Part shown: positions 51,317-60,199 of the stretch, one piece after another
How the letters are laid out: each line of letters opens with the position of its first letter
Position numbering within the stretch: the first letter of the stretch is position 1
Assembly (NCBI GenBank): GCA_016932675.1
Contig: JAFGCK010000053.1
Location: 4,748 to 68,747, forward strand
Reading direction: 5' to 3'
DNA from: Methanosarcinaceae archaeon
GTDB taxonomy: Archaea > Halobacteriota > Methanosarcinia > Methanosarcinales > Methanosarcinaceae
DNA length: 64,000 nt
Notes under the pieces: model-generated
What the model saw: the letters and a program-made list of their open reading frames with translations, nothing else
Database searches by the model: none
What the model was told of the DNA's origin: nothing
Made by a program: the position numbers and the translations under genes

Positions 51317-52591
51317 TCATTCTTCGGAAAACTCTATATCTTCTTCTTCTTCTTCTTGAACTGCTTTCTCTTCGTCCCTGCGCTTCTTCCATGAATATCC
51401 TATCGCAGCAACGACTGCAATTGCAAATATTCCTGCAACGGCCCAGAGGGCAACAGGACTTCCGCTTTCCTCGTCATAGCTTGCGCTTAAAAGTCCCGGT
51501 CCTTCAATATCGATGTTCTCCTCCACGGAGATATATGCATTATTCTGGTCACGGAACTCTATCAATACCGGGATTCCGGGAACATCGCCGGACAGTACCT
51601 GCGCTGAAAGCTCAAAACTGCTGAAATCATCAGCTTCGAGCGTTCCGATGAAATACCTGGCGTATGGCTGGACCGGCACTATATATTCTGATTCCGGGAT
51701 GGATATGATGACATTCTTTGCATCGGTTGTCCCGAAGTTGTTCAGGTCTCCTGAGAACGTATATCTGTTTCCGCTCTTCTTCATCTCTATTGATGTGAAT
51801 ATAAGGGAATGCCGGTCTATTATATTCACTTCCCTGGTCACCTTTTTACCATCGTGGAAATTGTCGCCGTTGAAATAGGATACAGTGAAGGACACATCGC
51901 CTGCCTGCGCACCGGAATTCATTGTGTTCAGGGTAAAGGTTGCTGTTGACCTGTTCCCCGCAGGGATGGCTCCTATGAAAAATTCGGAAGGGCTGAAGAT
52001 CATCCCTTCTCCTTCAGGGGTCACGATGACACTGTTCACTTCGTTCGGACGCCTGTTCACCACTTCCACACTTACGGAAGATACCTCGTTCATCAGGGTC
52101 GGAGGCAGGTCGGATATGATAAGTTTCAGGTCCCTGTCATCGATCTTCACCGGGATCCTGGAGTTGAGGTCATACATGTTGCTGCCGCCAACAATTTCAA
52201 GGTCCAGGAAATGGACCCCATTGGGTGCATCATCCCTGGCTTTGATGTTGAACGTAAGTCCAAGCGTATCTCCGGGTCCCAGAAGGCCGATATCCGTATA
52301 ACTCTCATCAGGGATCTCAATGACATCATTCCCGTCAATGGCTGCATTGGCGATATATGCGTTCATATCCAGGGTCTCATCATCCTCTTCGACGTATATC
52401 TCTCCTGTTGCCATGTTCTGCATCGTCACTGTGATCGTTCCGGTATCTCCTGGCATAAGTACTTCCGGTTCCATTGAATAGCTCACTGTGACCGTTGGCC
52501 TGACCTGCGTATCTGCAAGGGCAAAAGAGGAACAGGCAGCCAGGATAATGCAGGCTGCCATGATTGTTTTCAGGATATTCTTCAAATTCAT
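51317..52591 (-). CDS. COG1361-like S-layer/Ig-domain membrane-anchored protein
   Basis: Signal peptide MNLKNILKT.., PEVLMPGDTG, C-terminal TM plus acidic tail; ATG 52591 overlaps the Yip1 stop (ATGA). Confidence 0.8.
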   Translation of the reverse strand: MNLKNILKTIMAACIILAACSSFALADTQVRPTVTVSYSMEPEVLMPGDTGTITVTMQNMATGEIYVEEDDETLDMNAYIANAAIDGNDVIEIPDESYTDIGLLGPGDTLGLTFNIKARDDAPNGVHFLDLEIVGGSNMYDLNSRIPVKIDDRDLKLIISDLPPTLMNEVSSVSVEVVNRRPNEVNSVIVTPEGEGMIFSPSEFFIGAIPAGNRSTATFTLNTMNSGAQAGDVSFTVSYFNGDNFHDGKKVTREVNIIDRHSLIFTSIEMKKSGNRYTFSGDLNNFGTTDAKNVIISIPESEYIVPVQPYARYFIGTLEADDFSSFELSAQVLSGDVPGIPVLIEFRDQNNAYISVEENIDIEGPGLLSASYDEESGSPVALWAVAGIFAIAVVAAIGYSWKKRRDEEKAVQEEEEEDIEFSEE

Positions 52592-53235
52592 GCACCGAAT
52601 ATTCTCAATTGATATAATGTAAAAAGTATGTATAACAGCACAGGCACTCCTACCGTAATGGCCGCCTCCTTTACAGGCAGGTTCCTTGAATGCACCATCG
52701 CGAATACCCAGATGTTTGCACTCCACAGTAAGAACAGTATCCCAATTATGCCGGATATCTGCAGGGACTGGTCGGATAAGAGGGCTTCCTGGAGAAGTTC
52801 CGGGTCCATCGACCAGTCAATGCCGGAGTAGACCCTGCTTGTAAAGTATGTACCGATCAGGGAGCTTATGATGGATGGTATGAATCCGTAGGATACGAAC
52901 TCAAGAACCCTTTTAAAGTCACCTTCTCCGTGAAATATCATGGATATGAGGTAGAATATGGCACTGTAGATTATCCACATTACAAACGTTCCTATAAAAG
53001 CAGCGATGGCTCCAAAAGCTGCCCCGATTCCCGCAACGGCGGCAGCTTCTTCAGGCAATGCTTCGATAACTCCCTGCGCTACAATGAATGCACTGACAGC
53101 TCCTATAACAGCCAGGATGGCCACTATTGCAAGCGGCGTTTTGAATTCGTTCTCTTCACTGCTCTTTCTTTTGAAAAAGCCATTCGGGTCTGTGAGTACT
53201 TCCAGCATGCTCAACACTTCCAATTGTTCAGCCAC
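52588..53235 (-). CDS. Yip1 family membrane protein
   Basis: 215 aa, about 5 TM; VLTDPNGFFK, FKRVLEFVSYGFIP. Confidence 0.85.
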   Translation of the reverse strand: MAEQLEVLSMLEVLTDPNGFFKRKSSEENEFKTPLAIVAILAVIGAVSAFIVAQGVIEALPEEAAAVAGIGAAFGAIAAFIGTFVMWIIYSAIFYLISMIFHGEGDFKRVLEFVSYGFIPSIISSLIGTYFTSRVYSGIDWSMDPELLQEALLSDQSLQISGIIGILFLLWSANIWVFAMVHSRNLPVKEAAITVGVPVLLYILFTLYQLRIFGA

Positions 53236-53432
53236 AACACTATATGTTCACATTCGTCTATTAATAGTCAAATCTTTCTATGCTCAATATATTTATACTT
53301 TTGTACAAGGTTCTTTTTTATCTGGCAGTCGGGCCAAATAAAGTATTTATAATTTCAGACAATTCTTCACTTACCGGAAATTGAGTAAATCCAAAAGGGT
53401 TTTTGTCGTCATCCTCTGGAGAGTGGATCATT

Positions 53433-54137
53433 ATGGTTGAATGGGTCAATGGTTCTGGAAGAGATGGGCCTGTAATAGAGCTTGTCAATCTGTGCAAGAG
53501 TTATCAGGTAGGTGAAATGGAAGTCCCTATACTGAAAAGCGTAGACCTCTCTGTTAAGAAAGGGGAATTTGTTGCCATAATGGGCCCATCGGGTTCCGGG
53601 AAGAGCACTCTTATGAACATGATAGGCTGCCTGGACCGACCTAACTGCGGCCAGGTCATGGTTATGGGGAAGAATATCAGCAGGCTCTCAGATGCCGAGC
53701 TTGCACGCCTGCGGGGTTTTGAGATCGGTTTTGTGTTCCAGACCTTTAATCTGGTGCCCAGGTTAACCGCCCTCCAGAATGTTGAACTGCCAACATATGC
53801 AAATAAAAAAGAAGGCATTGATAGCAATCGAAGGGCAAAGGAACTGATGGATCTGGTAGGGCTGCAGCATCGTATCAACTATAAGCCTGCCGAACTGTCG
53901 GGTGGCCAGCAGCAGAGGGTTGCAATTGCCAGGGCTTTGATAAACGACCCCTCTCTGATCCTTGCCGATGAACCCACAGGCAATCTGGACTCAAAGACCG
54001 GTAATGAAATTATGAACATTTTTACTGATCTCCATAAAAAAGGAAGGACGCTAATCATGATCACCCATGATCCCGACCTGACAGGATATGCGGACAGGGT
54101 CGTCCACCTCAAGGATGGTGTGATCGGTGCAACCTGA
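53433..54137 (+). CDS. MacB/SalX-type ABC ATPase
   Basis: GPSGSGKST, LSGGQQQR, ADEPTGNLD, ITHD. Confidence 0.93.
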   Translation: MVEWVNGSGRDGPVIELVNLCKSYQVGEMEVPILKSVDLSVKKGEFVAIMGPSGSGKSTLMNMIGCLDRPNCGQVMVMGKNISRLSDAELARLRGFEIGFVFQTFNLVPRLTALQNVELPTYANKKEGIDSNRRAKELMDLVGLQHRINYKPAELSGGQQQRVAIARALINDPSLILADEPTGNLDSKTGNEIMNIFTDLHKKGRTLIMITHDPDLTGYADRVVHLKDGVIGAT

Positions 54138-54147
54138 AGGAGGAAAC

Positions 54148-55401
54148 ATGCTGAATTTATCAGATCCCGGAAAAATGCGGAGAAAAATGTGGAAATACGC
54201 CATTTACACTATGTTTATTCTCTTTGTGCTGTGCATGCCGGCAAATGCTGCGGATGGAGCTGATCTGCAGGCGACGATACTGCGTTATGAACCCATACCT
54301 GCTGAGATAGGGGAATATGTGACCATGTGGGTAAAGGTAGAGAACCTGGGCTATGCAAAGGCTGAGAATGTGCAGGTGAGGATCGTCCCCGAGTATCCTT
54401 TTTCCCCGGACTCGCCGGGTAATGCTATTAAATATATAGGTATACTGAGTCCTGATAATGCAGCTGTTGAGGAATTTCGCCTTTTTGTGGACAGCAATGC
54501 CAAAGAGGGAATTGAGTCGATAGAGATATGGTACCAGGAAGATACGGACAATACCTGGTACAAAAAAGAGTTTGACATCAGGGTTGGATCCACAACGTTC
54601 GATAGCAGGGGTAATGTACAACTTCAGGGAAGCCCTATATTTGAGCCAGAGGTGTTCATGCCCGGGGACCATGGGACCGTAATGGTCACACTGGCAAATA
54701 CGGCTACCACTGATTCCGTAACTGTGGACGGTGAGGTATATGATACCAATGCCAGGGTGCAGGCTGCATCCCTTGAGGGCGATGCCGGAATTGATGTGAC
54801 CACCGATACCTATTACGGCAACGGCGTCATAGGGCCGGGCGAATCCATTAGCCTGACCTATAACATCATGGTAGCTGATGATGTCGAAGATGGGACATAC
54901 TATCTGGAACTATCTACTGTTGGTAATTCCCATGCATATAACAATAACTGGCGGATCCCTGTGAGGGTGGATTCCTCATGTGTCAGGGTGATCCCTTCAA
55001 CAGCAATGAAGATAGAGAACGGTGAAGGCACTCTTGAGTTTGACATTGCCAATATCCACCCGAATGTGCTTTCATCGGTAAGCATAACGCTTGAAGCAGA
55101 GGGTTTTGATTTCACGCCTGCTGAATACTTCATCGGTACAATGGAATCCGACGAGCTCTTTACAATAGAGTTTGATGCAAGCGCTATTGACGGGGCGGAT
55201 GAATTCTCCTCCGGGCTTTCAATAAGCGCGGATTACAGAAATGGCCAGAACGAGCACGTAAGCATTGTGAATGAACGTATGCTCCAGAATCATGTTGTCA
55301 GGGAGGACAGCGGATCGGGTATTGCCATCGCAGCTATTGTACTGCTGGCAATTGCTGCTGGCGGGTACATGATGTACCGCCGCAGGAAGAATAAAGAATA
55401 A
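54148..55401 (+). CDS. COG1361-like S-layer/Ig-domain membrane-anchored protein
   Basis: GGAGG SD before ATG 54148; YEPIPAEIGEY, PEVFMPGDHG, C-terminal TM plus RRRK. Confidence 0.8.
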   Translation: MLNLSDPGKMRRKMWKYAIYTMFILFVLCMPANAADGADLQATILRYEPIPAEIGEYVTMWVKVENLGYAKAENVQVRIVPEYPFSPDSPGNAIKYIGILSPDNAAVEEFRLFVDSNAKEGIESIEIWYQEDTDNTWYKKEFDIRVGSTTFDSRGNVQLQGSPIFEPEVFMPGDHGTVMVTLANTATTDSVTVDGEVYDTNARVQAASLEGDAGIDVTTDTYYGNGVIGPGESISLTYNIMVADDVEDGTYYLELSTVGNSHAYNNNWRIPVRVDSSCVRVIPSTAMKIENGEGTLEFDIANIHPNVLSSVSITLEAEGFDFTPAEYFIGTMESDELFTIEFDASAIDGADEFSSGLSISADYRNGQNEHVSIVNERMLQNHVVREDSGSGIAIAAIVLLAIAAGGYMMYRRRKNKE

Positions 55402-55413
55402 GGTGCTGGCTTA

Positions 55414-56628
55414 ATGCTGAGTCTTAAGGATTCTCTTGGTATATCACTGGGAAGCATCGGCAGCTCTAAGTTGAGATCGGGCCTTACAACCCTCGGGATC
55501 ATCATAGGGGTTGCTGCGGTGATCGCCAATGTATCCCTGGGTGCCAGTTTCAACCAGTTCTTCAACGATGAGATAGGAGCTGTAGGCTCCAATTTCATTG
55601 TCATATACAGCCAGAACACCAATGTTTTCTATGAGAGGCAGCTGGATCTCATAGGGAATACCCCGGGTGTTGCCGGTGTGTCTCCCATTAACCAGCAAAT
55701 GGCCCGGGTTACATATCTTTCCGCATCCAGGCAGATAGATATCCAGGGAGTGAATTCCGATTATGCTGAGGTCGCCAACTTCAGGATGGATTCCGGTGCC
55801 TTTCTTGATGAGAATGACCAATATGTAGCAGTACTGGGTGCGGATGTGGCCAACGAGAAATTCGACAGGAAGATATCCATAAAGAACCCCATTGAGATCA
55901 CTTTCAGGCGAGAGGATGGCGGTGTAGTGACCCGGAAGTTTATAGTCAAAGGTGTGGTGCAGGACCCGGAAACAACCTTTGCCCAGACAGGTGTTGAACC
56001 GGAGATACGCATATTCATCCCGATCGAAACAATGAACGAGATACTCGGGATAGACTACTATGGCGGTTTTTTCATAAAAGCTGAAAGTCTTGAAGCCGTT
56101 GGTCCTACCGGGGACAGGATCGATGAACGGCTGGCACGCAGTCTGGGGGTGTCTGTCAGGGACCTTGACAATCCCGATGCCAAGCCCTATGTACTCTTTG
56201 ACCAGCTTGAGATCCTTGAACAGACGAATCAGCTATCATCCGCGCTTACGGCTCTGCTGACATCGGTCGCACTCATCTCTCTGATAGTCGGCTCCATCGG
56301 TATCATGAACATCATGCTTGTAACGGTTGCAGAAAGGACCAATGAGATAGGACTGCTCAAGGCCCTGGGTTACACAAAGAACGATATTCTGGCATTGTTC
56401 ATAATAGAATCGATGGCAGTAAGCGTAATTGGTGGAATACTAGGGGCAATGATGGGTATCGGAGCAGCGCTTATTGTCAACGATTATCTGGAACTGCCTG
56501 ACATTTTCCCGGTGGGCCAAATTATTCTTGGATTTGTGATCGCTGTTGCTGTCGGTCTGATAGCAGGTGTCTATCCTGCGAACAAGGCTGCTAACATGGA
56601 TCCGGTAGAAGCATTGAGAAAGGAATAG
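55414..56628 (+). CDS. MacB/SalY-type ABC permease
   Basis: 404 aa; LRSGLTTLGIIIG, ERTNEIGLLKALG, YPANKAANMDPVEALR. Confidence 0.92.
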   Translation: MLSLKDSLGISLGSIGSSKLRSGLTTLGIIIGVAAVIANVSLGASFNQFFNDEIGAVGSNFIVIYSQNTNVFYERQLDLIGNTPGVAGVSPINQQMARVTYLSASRQIDIQGVNSDYAEVANFRMDSGAFLDENDQYVAVLGADVANEKFDRKISIKNPIEITFRREDGGVVTRKFIVKGVVQDPETTFAQTGVEPEIRIFIPIETMNEILGIDYYGGFFIKAESLEAVGPTGDRIDERLARSLGVSVRDLDNPDAKPYVLFDQLEILEQTNQLSSALTALLTSVALISLIVGSIGIMNIMLVTVAERTNEIGLLKALGYTKNDILALFIIESMAVSVIGGILGAMMGIGAALIVNDYLELPDIFPVGQIILGFVIAVAVGLIAGVYPANKAANMDPVEALRKE

Positions 56629-56635
56629 GTATTGT

Positions 56636-57850
56636 ATGATAGGCACCAGGCAGGCATTGCTGATAGCAATCGGAAGCATAAGGAGTGCAAAAATGCGCTC
56701 GACCCTGACCACGCTGGGGATTATTATAGGCGTGGCTGCAGTTGTTGCAAATGTATCCCTTGGTACCAGTTTCAATCAGTACTTCACCGATGAACTTGGT
56801 TCCCTTGGTTCAAATTTCATTATCATTTACAGTCAGGATGTCAACATATTCTACGATGAGCAGCTGGAGGTCATAAGGAACACGCCGGGTGTGGTGGGAG
56901 CATCTGCATTCAACCAGCAGACGGCAGCAGTTACTTATCTTTCGTCGACGAGGCAGATAGATGTCCAGGGGGTGGGGGAGGATACCCGGGACATATCCAA
57001 CCTTGTACTGGAGGAAGGGAATTTCCTTACAGATAAGGACAGGTATGTAGCTGTTCTTGGAAAGGAAGTTGCAGAGGAGAAGTTCGACCAGGATGTATCC
57101 ATAAAGAACTACATAGACATAACATTCCGCAGGAACGATGGCACTACAGTTACCCGCAAGTTCAGGGTCAAGGGGATACTGGAAGGTGAGGACAATACCT
57201 TCGTACAGGGTGGTCCGGACAGGGACGTCAGCATCTATATCCCCATAGATACCATGAACGGGCTTCTTGAGGTAGAGGATTACAGCGGTTTTTCAGCCAG
57301 GACAGCAACAGCCGAATCCGTAAGGGAGGTATCCGAAAAAGTGGACAAAAGGCTTGCCAGGAATCTCGGGGTATCGGCACGTGAAATCGATAATGAGGAT
57401 GCGAAACCATACCGCATCTTCGACCAGGCGGAAATCCTGGAGCAGCTTGATTCCCTTGCCGACTCATTGACAATACTCATCACGATAATAGCGATAGTAG
57501 CTCTCATAGTCGGCTCTATCGGTATTATGAACATCATGCTTGTCACGGTGACCGAAAGGACAAAAGAGATAGGTGTCTTCAAAGCACTGGGTTTTACCAG
57601 GTCCGATATCCTTACTCTCTTTATGCTGGAATCCGCAGTTGTCGGTATGATCGGTGGTATCCTTGGTACTCTTCTGGGGATGCTCGGCTCTTTTGTGGTT
57701 GAGACCTACCTTGATATTCCCCGGGTGTTTCCTGCATACCTGATCCTTCTGGGCTTTGTCATATCATTTGTTGTGGGACTTGTAGCAGGCGCATATCCTG
57801 CCAGCCGGGCTGCCAGTCTGGATCCGGTGGAAGCTTTGAGGCATGAATGA
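56636..57850 (+). CDS. MacB/SalY-type ABC permease (tandem paralog)
   Basis: 404 aa; MRSTLTTLGIIIG, ERTKEIGVFKALG, YPASRAASLDPVEALR. Confidence 0.92.
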   Translation: MIGTRQALLIAIGSIRSAKMRSTLTTLGIIIGVAAVVANVSLGTSFNQYFTDELGSLGSNFIIIYSQDVNIFYDEQLEVIRNTPGVVGASAFNQQTAAVTYLSSTRQIDVQGVGEDTRDISNLVLEEGNFLTDKDRYVAVLGKEVAEEKFDQDVSIKNYIDITFRRNDGTTVTRKFRVKGILEGEDNTFVQGGPDRDVSIYIPIDTMNGLLEVEDYSGFSARTATAESVREVSEKVDKRLARNLGVSAREIDNEDAKPYRIFDQAEILEQLDSLADSLTILITIIAIVALIVGSIGIMNIMLVTVTERTKEIGVFKALGFTRSDILTLFMLESAVVGMIGGILGTLLGMLGSFVVETYLDIPRVFPAYLILLGFVISFVVGLVAGAYPASRAASLDPVEALRHE

Positions 57851-58177
57851 TATGTATTTCGGTCGCTTATTTTATTTAGCCTAATCTGTCGATTTATAGG
57901 AACGTTTATGTATCCTCAACACATAGTCTGATCTGTCGATAGATAGTTAGATTTTTGATAATATGTTAGACGGAAGTACCAGAGGTATATCAATGGTTGG
58001 CAGTAGTTCGAACAGTTCAGCACCAGGATCTCCACAGGATCTTATTTCCACCGGGGTACTCGTATCGGTCAACATAGGATCGCCCGCAGGAGCGTATCCT
58101 GGAAACCGGGATCCGAAGACGAAACCTGTGGGTGCATTGGGGCATGAATATAAATTACGGATAAATAAAGAGGTTAC

Positions 58178-58414
58178 ATGTTAGATACGTTATCTGCAGG
58201 AATTCCCTTTCTGAATATCTTCCTGCTGGCCGGGATCGGCCTGCTGGGGACTATATTCTGGATATGGATGCTTCTGGATTGTGCAATGAAAGAGCCCTCA
58301 GAGGGTAACGACAAGCTGATATGGGTGATCATCATACTCTTCGCCCATCTTCCCGGGGCTTTGCTCTATTTGCTTTTCAGAAGGCCAAAAAGGATCAGGG
58401 AGCATGGGAGATAA
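58178..58414 (+). CDS. PLDc_N-like small membrane protein
   Basis: 78 aa; FWIWMLLDC..KLIWVIIILFAHLPGALLYLLF; GAGGT SD. Confidence 0.85.
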   Translation: MLDTLSAGIPFLNIFLLAGIGLLGTIFWIWMLLDCAMKEPSEGNDKLIWVIIILFAHLPGALLYLLFRRPKRIREHGR

Positions 58415-58507
58415 AGGGTTTTTCAGCATAGATGATACGCATGGGGTAAGCGATCCTCTTATTTTGTTCATTGAACACGGTCATATCTGTGAATAAAGGG
58501 AAGAAGC

Positions 58508-59167
58508 ATGGTTGAAGAAAAAAATGCATTGGTGGATCTTGTGGCCGTTGCTTTCAGGAAGCAGACCTATAAGAACATACTTTATCTGCTTTTCACATTT
58601 CCCCTTGGGACGGCTTACTTTGTATTTCTCGTTAGCGGCCTGTCACTTGGTTTCGGCCTCATGGCCGTCTGGGTGGGGATCCCTATACTGATACTGATCT
58701 TTATTGCCTGGTGGGAGATCGCATCTTTTGAGCGCCAGCTTGCAATATGGCTTCTGGGTGTGGACATAGCTCCCATGTCACGCGTGCAGGACACAAATCC
58801 CGATCTTCTTGGCAAAGGACTGAAGAGACTTCAGAATCCTGTAACATGGAAGTCGCTGCTTTACCTGTTCCTTAAGTTCCCAATGGGGATCCTGTCACTT
58901 ATCATCATTGCGGTTCTGATATCAGTGACAATGGTCCTGCTCCTGGCCCCTGTACTCTATTGTTTCCACACGGTGTCATTCGGTCTGTTCCAGGCAAGTT
59001 CCCTGAGCAGATCTCTGGTGATTGCTTTTTTGGGTGTGCTTGTGGGGCTCTTCTCGTTGCACCTTATGAACCTTCTCGCAAAACTGGCAGGTAACCTTGC
59101 AGTACTGATGCTTGGAAGTTCAAAGACCATGGACGATGGGGTTTCAGAAAAAAAGGCCCATCCCTGA
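58508..59167 (+). CDS. Putative sensor-domain membrane protein (stand-alone 'Sensor' domain)
   Basis: 219 aa; LYLLFTFPLG, VWVGIP, TWKSLLYLFLKFPMG; no kinase domain. Confidence 0.75.
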   Translation: MVEEKNALVDLVAVAFRKQTYKNILYLLFTFPLGTAYFVFLVSGLSLGFGLMAVWVGIPILILIFIAWWEIASFERQLAIWLLGVDIAPMSRVQDTNPDLLGKGLKRLQNPVTWKSLLYLFLKFPMGILSLIIIAVLISVTMVLLLAPVLYCFHTVSFGLFQASSLSRSLVIAFLGVLVGLFSLHLMNLLAKLAGNLAVLMLGSSKTMDDGVSEKKAHP

Positions 59168-59204
59168 GATCCCGAATTTCATGGCTTTAAATATCATTTA
59201 AATA

Positions 59205-59498
59205 TCATGGACCATTAGAGTTTTCAGTACCATTGAGCCGGCTATAGAAATCAAGTATCAGTTTGGTCTTTTCACTTTCAAGGTTCAGCCTGAATGTGCG
59301 TATCTGTTTACCAAGAGGTTTTTCAATAACTATCCCGCTTTTTATAAGTGGGGAGATCACCCTTGCAACACTGGAATGTGAAAGGCCGGTCTCCTCTGCG
59401 ATCCCCGAAAGATATGTTGACTCGTTCCGGTGAAGTATAAGGTTTTTCAGAACGGTCATCTGGGCGGTCTTTCCAAAAATCTCTTCCAGTGTATCCAT
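59205..59498 (-). CDS. Winged-HTH protein
   Basis: LSGIAEETGLSHSSVARVISPLIKSGIV. Confidence 0.8.
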   Translation of the reverse strand: MDTLEEIFGKTAQMTVLKNLILHRNESTYLSGIAEETGLSHSSVARVISPLIKSGIVIEKPLGKQIRTFRLNLESEKTKLILDFYSRLNGTENSNGP

Positions 59499-59651
59499 TT
59501 TAATCCTATACAAGATATTAGGTTATGGATTATAAGGTTTTCTTTTATTCAGACAGCCCGTCTAATCAAAATTCAAGTTCCTTGATATTTGGAAAGGTTT
59601 TAATAGCATCATCAGGGTATTTATTATTGATAGTTCCAGGTAGTATGAAAC

Positions 59652-60164
59652 ATGGATGCGGAAAAGATTGACCCCAGGATCCTTGCACTAATGGATGAGA
59701 ATCCCGGTATAAGCACTGCTGAAATTGCCAGCTCTCTGGCTCTTGATGAAGACCTTGTCCGGCAAAGGATAGATTTCCTTGCAGATACCCGTGAGAAGCT
59801 GCTTATAGTCGATGAGGAGATAGATGCTCTGACCGCTCTGAAGGTAGCGCTTGAAGCGGAAGGCTATAATGTAATAGTTGCACGGGACGGTTTTGAGGGG
59901 ATCGAAAAGGCACGGACTGAGAACCCCGACGCCATACTTCTTGATATCATGATGCCGGGAATGGATGGGTTTGAAGTCTGCAAACGCTTAAAATCCGATC
60001 CTTCCAGCGAGCATATACCGGTCATCATGCTGACTGCAAAAGGAGAGACAGATGACAAGGTGGAGGGACTTGATATTGGTGCGGATGACTATGTGACAAA
60101 ACCCTTCAACCTGATGGAACTGAAAGCCCGTATAAGGACGGTGCTCAGAAGGAGCAATATCTAG
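59652..60164 (+). CDS. Response regulator with N-terminal AsnC/Lrp-like HTH and C-terminal receiver domain
   Basis: 170 aa; RILALMDENPGISTAEIASSL, then LLDIMMPGMDG, LTAK, KPF. Confidence 0.88.
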   Translation: MDAEKIDPRILALMDENPGISTAEIASSLALDEDLVRQRIDFLADTREKLLIVDEEIDALTALKVALEAEGYNVIVARDGFEGIEKARTENPDAILLDIMMPGMDGFEVCKRLKSDPSSEHIPVIMLTAKGETDDKVEGLDIGADDYVTKPFNLMELKARIRTVLRRSNI

Positions 60165-60199
60165 GCACTTTTTGACGATACATTTTCATTTCAGGTCCT

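Noticed and set aside
57963-58184. 73-aa ORF upstream of the PLDc_N gene
   Set aside because: Low-complexity Ser/Gly/Pro sequence, frames open on both strands, no family signal
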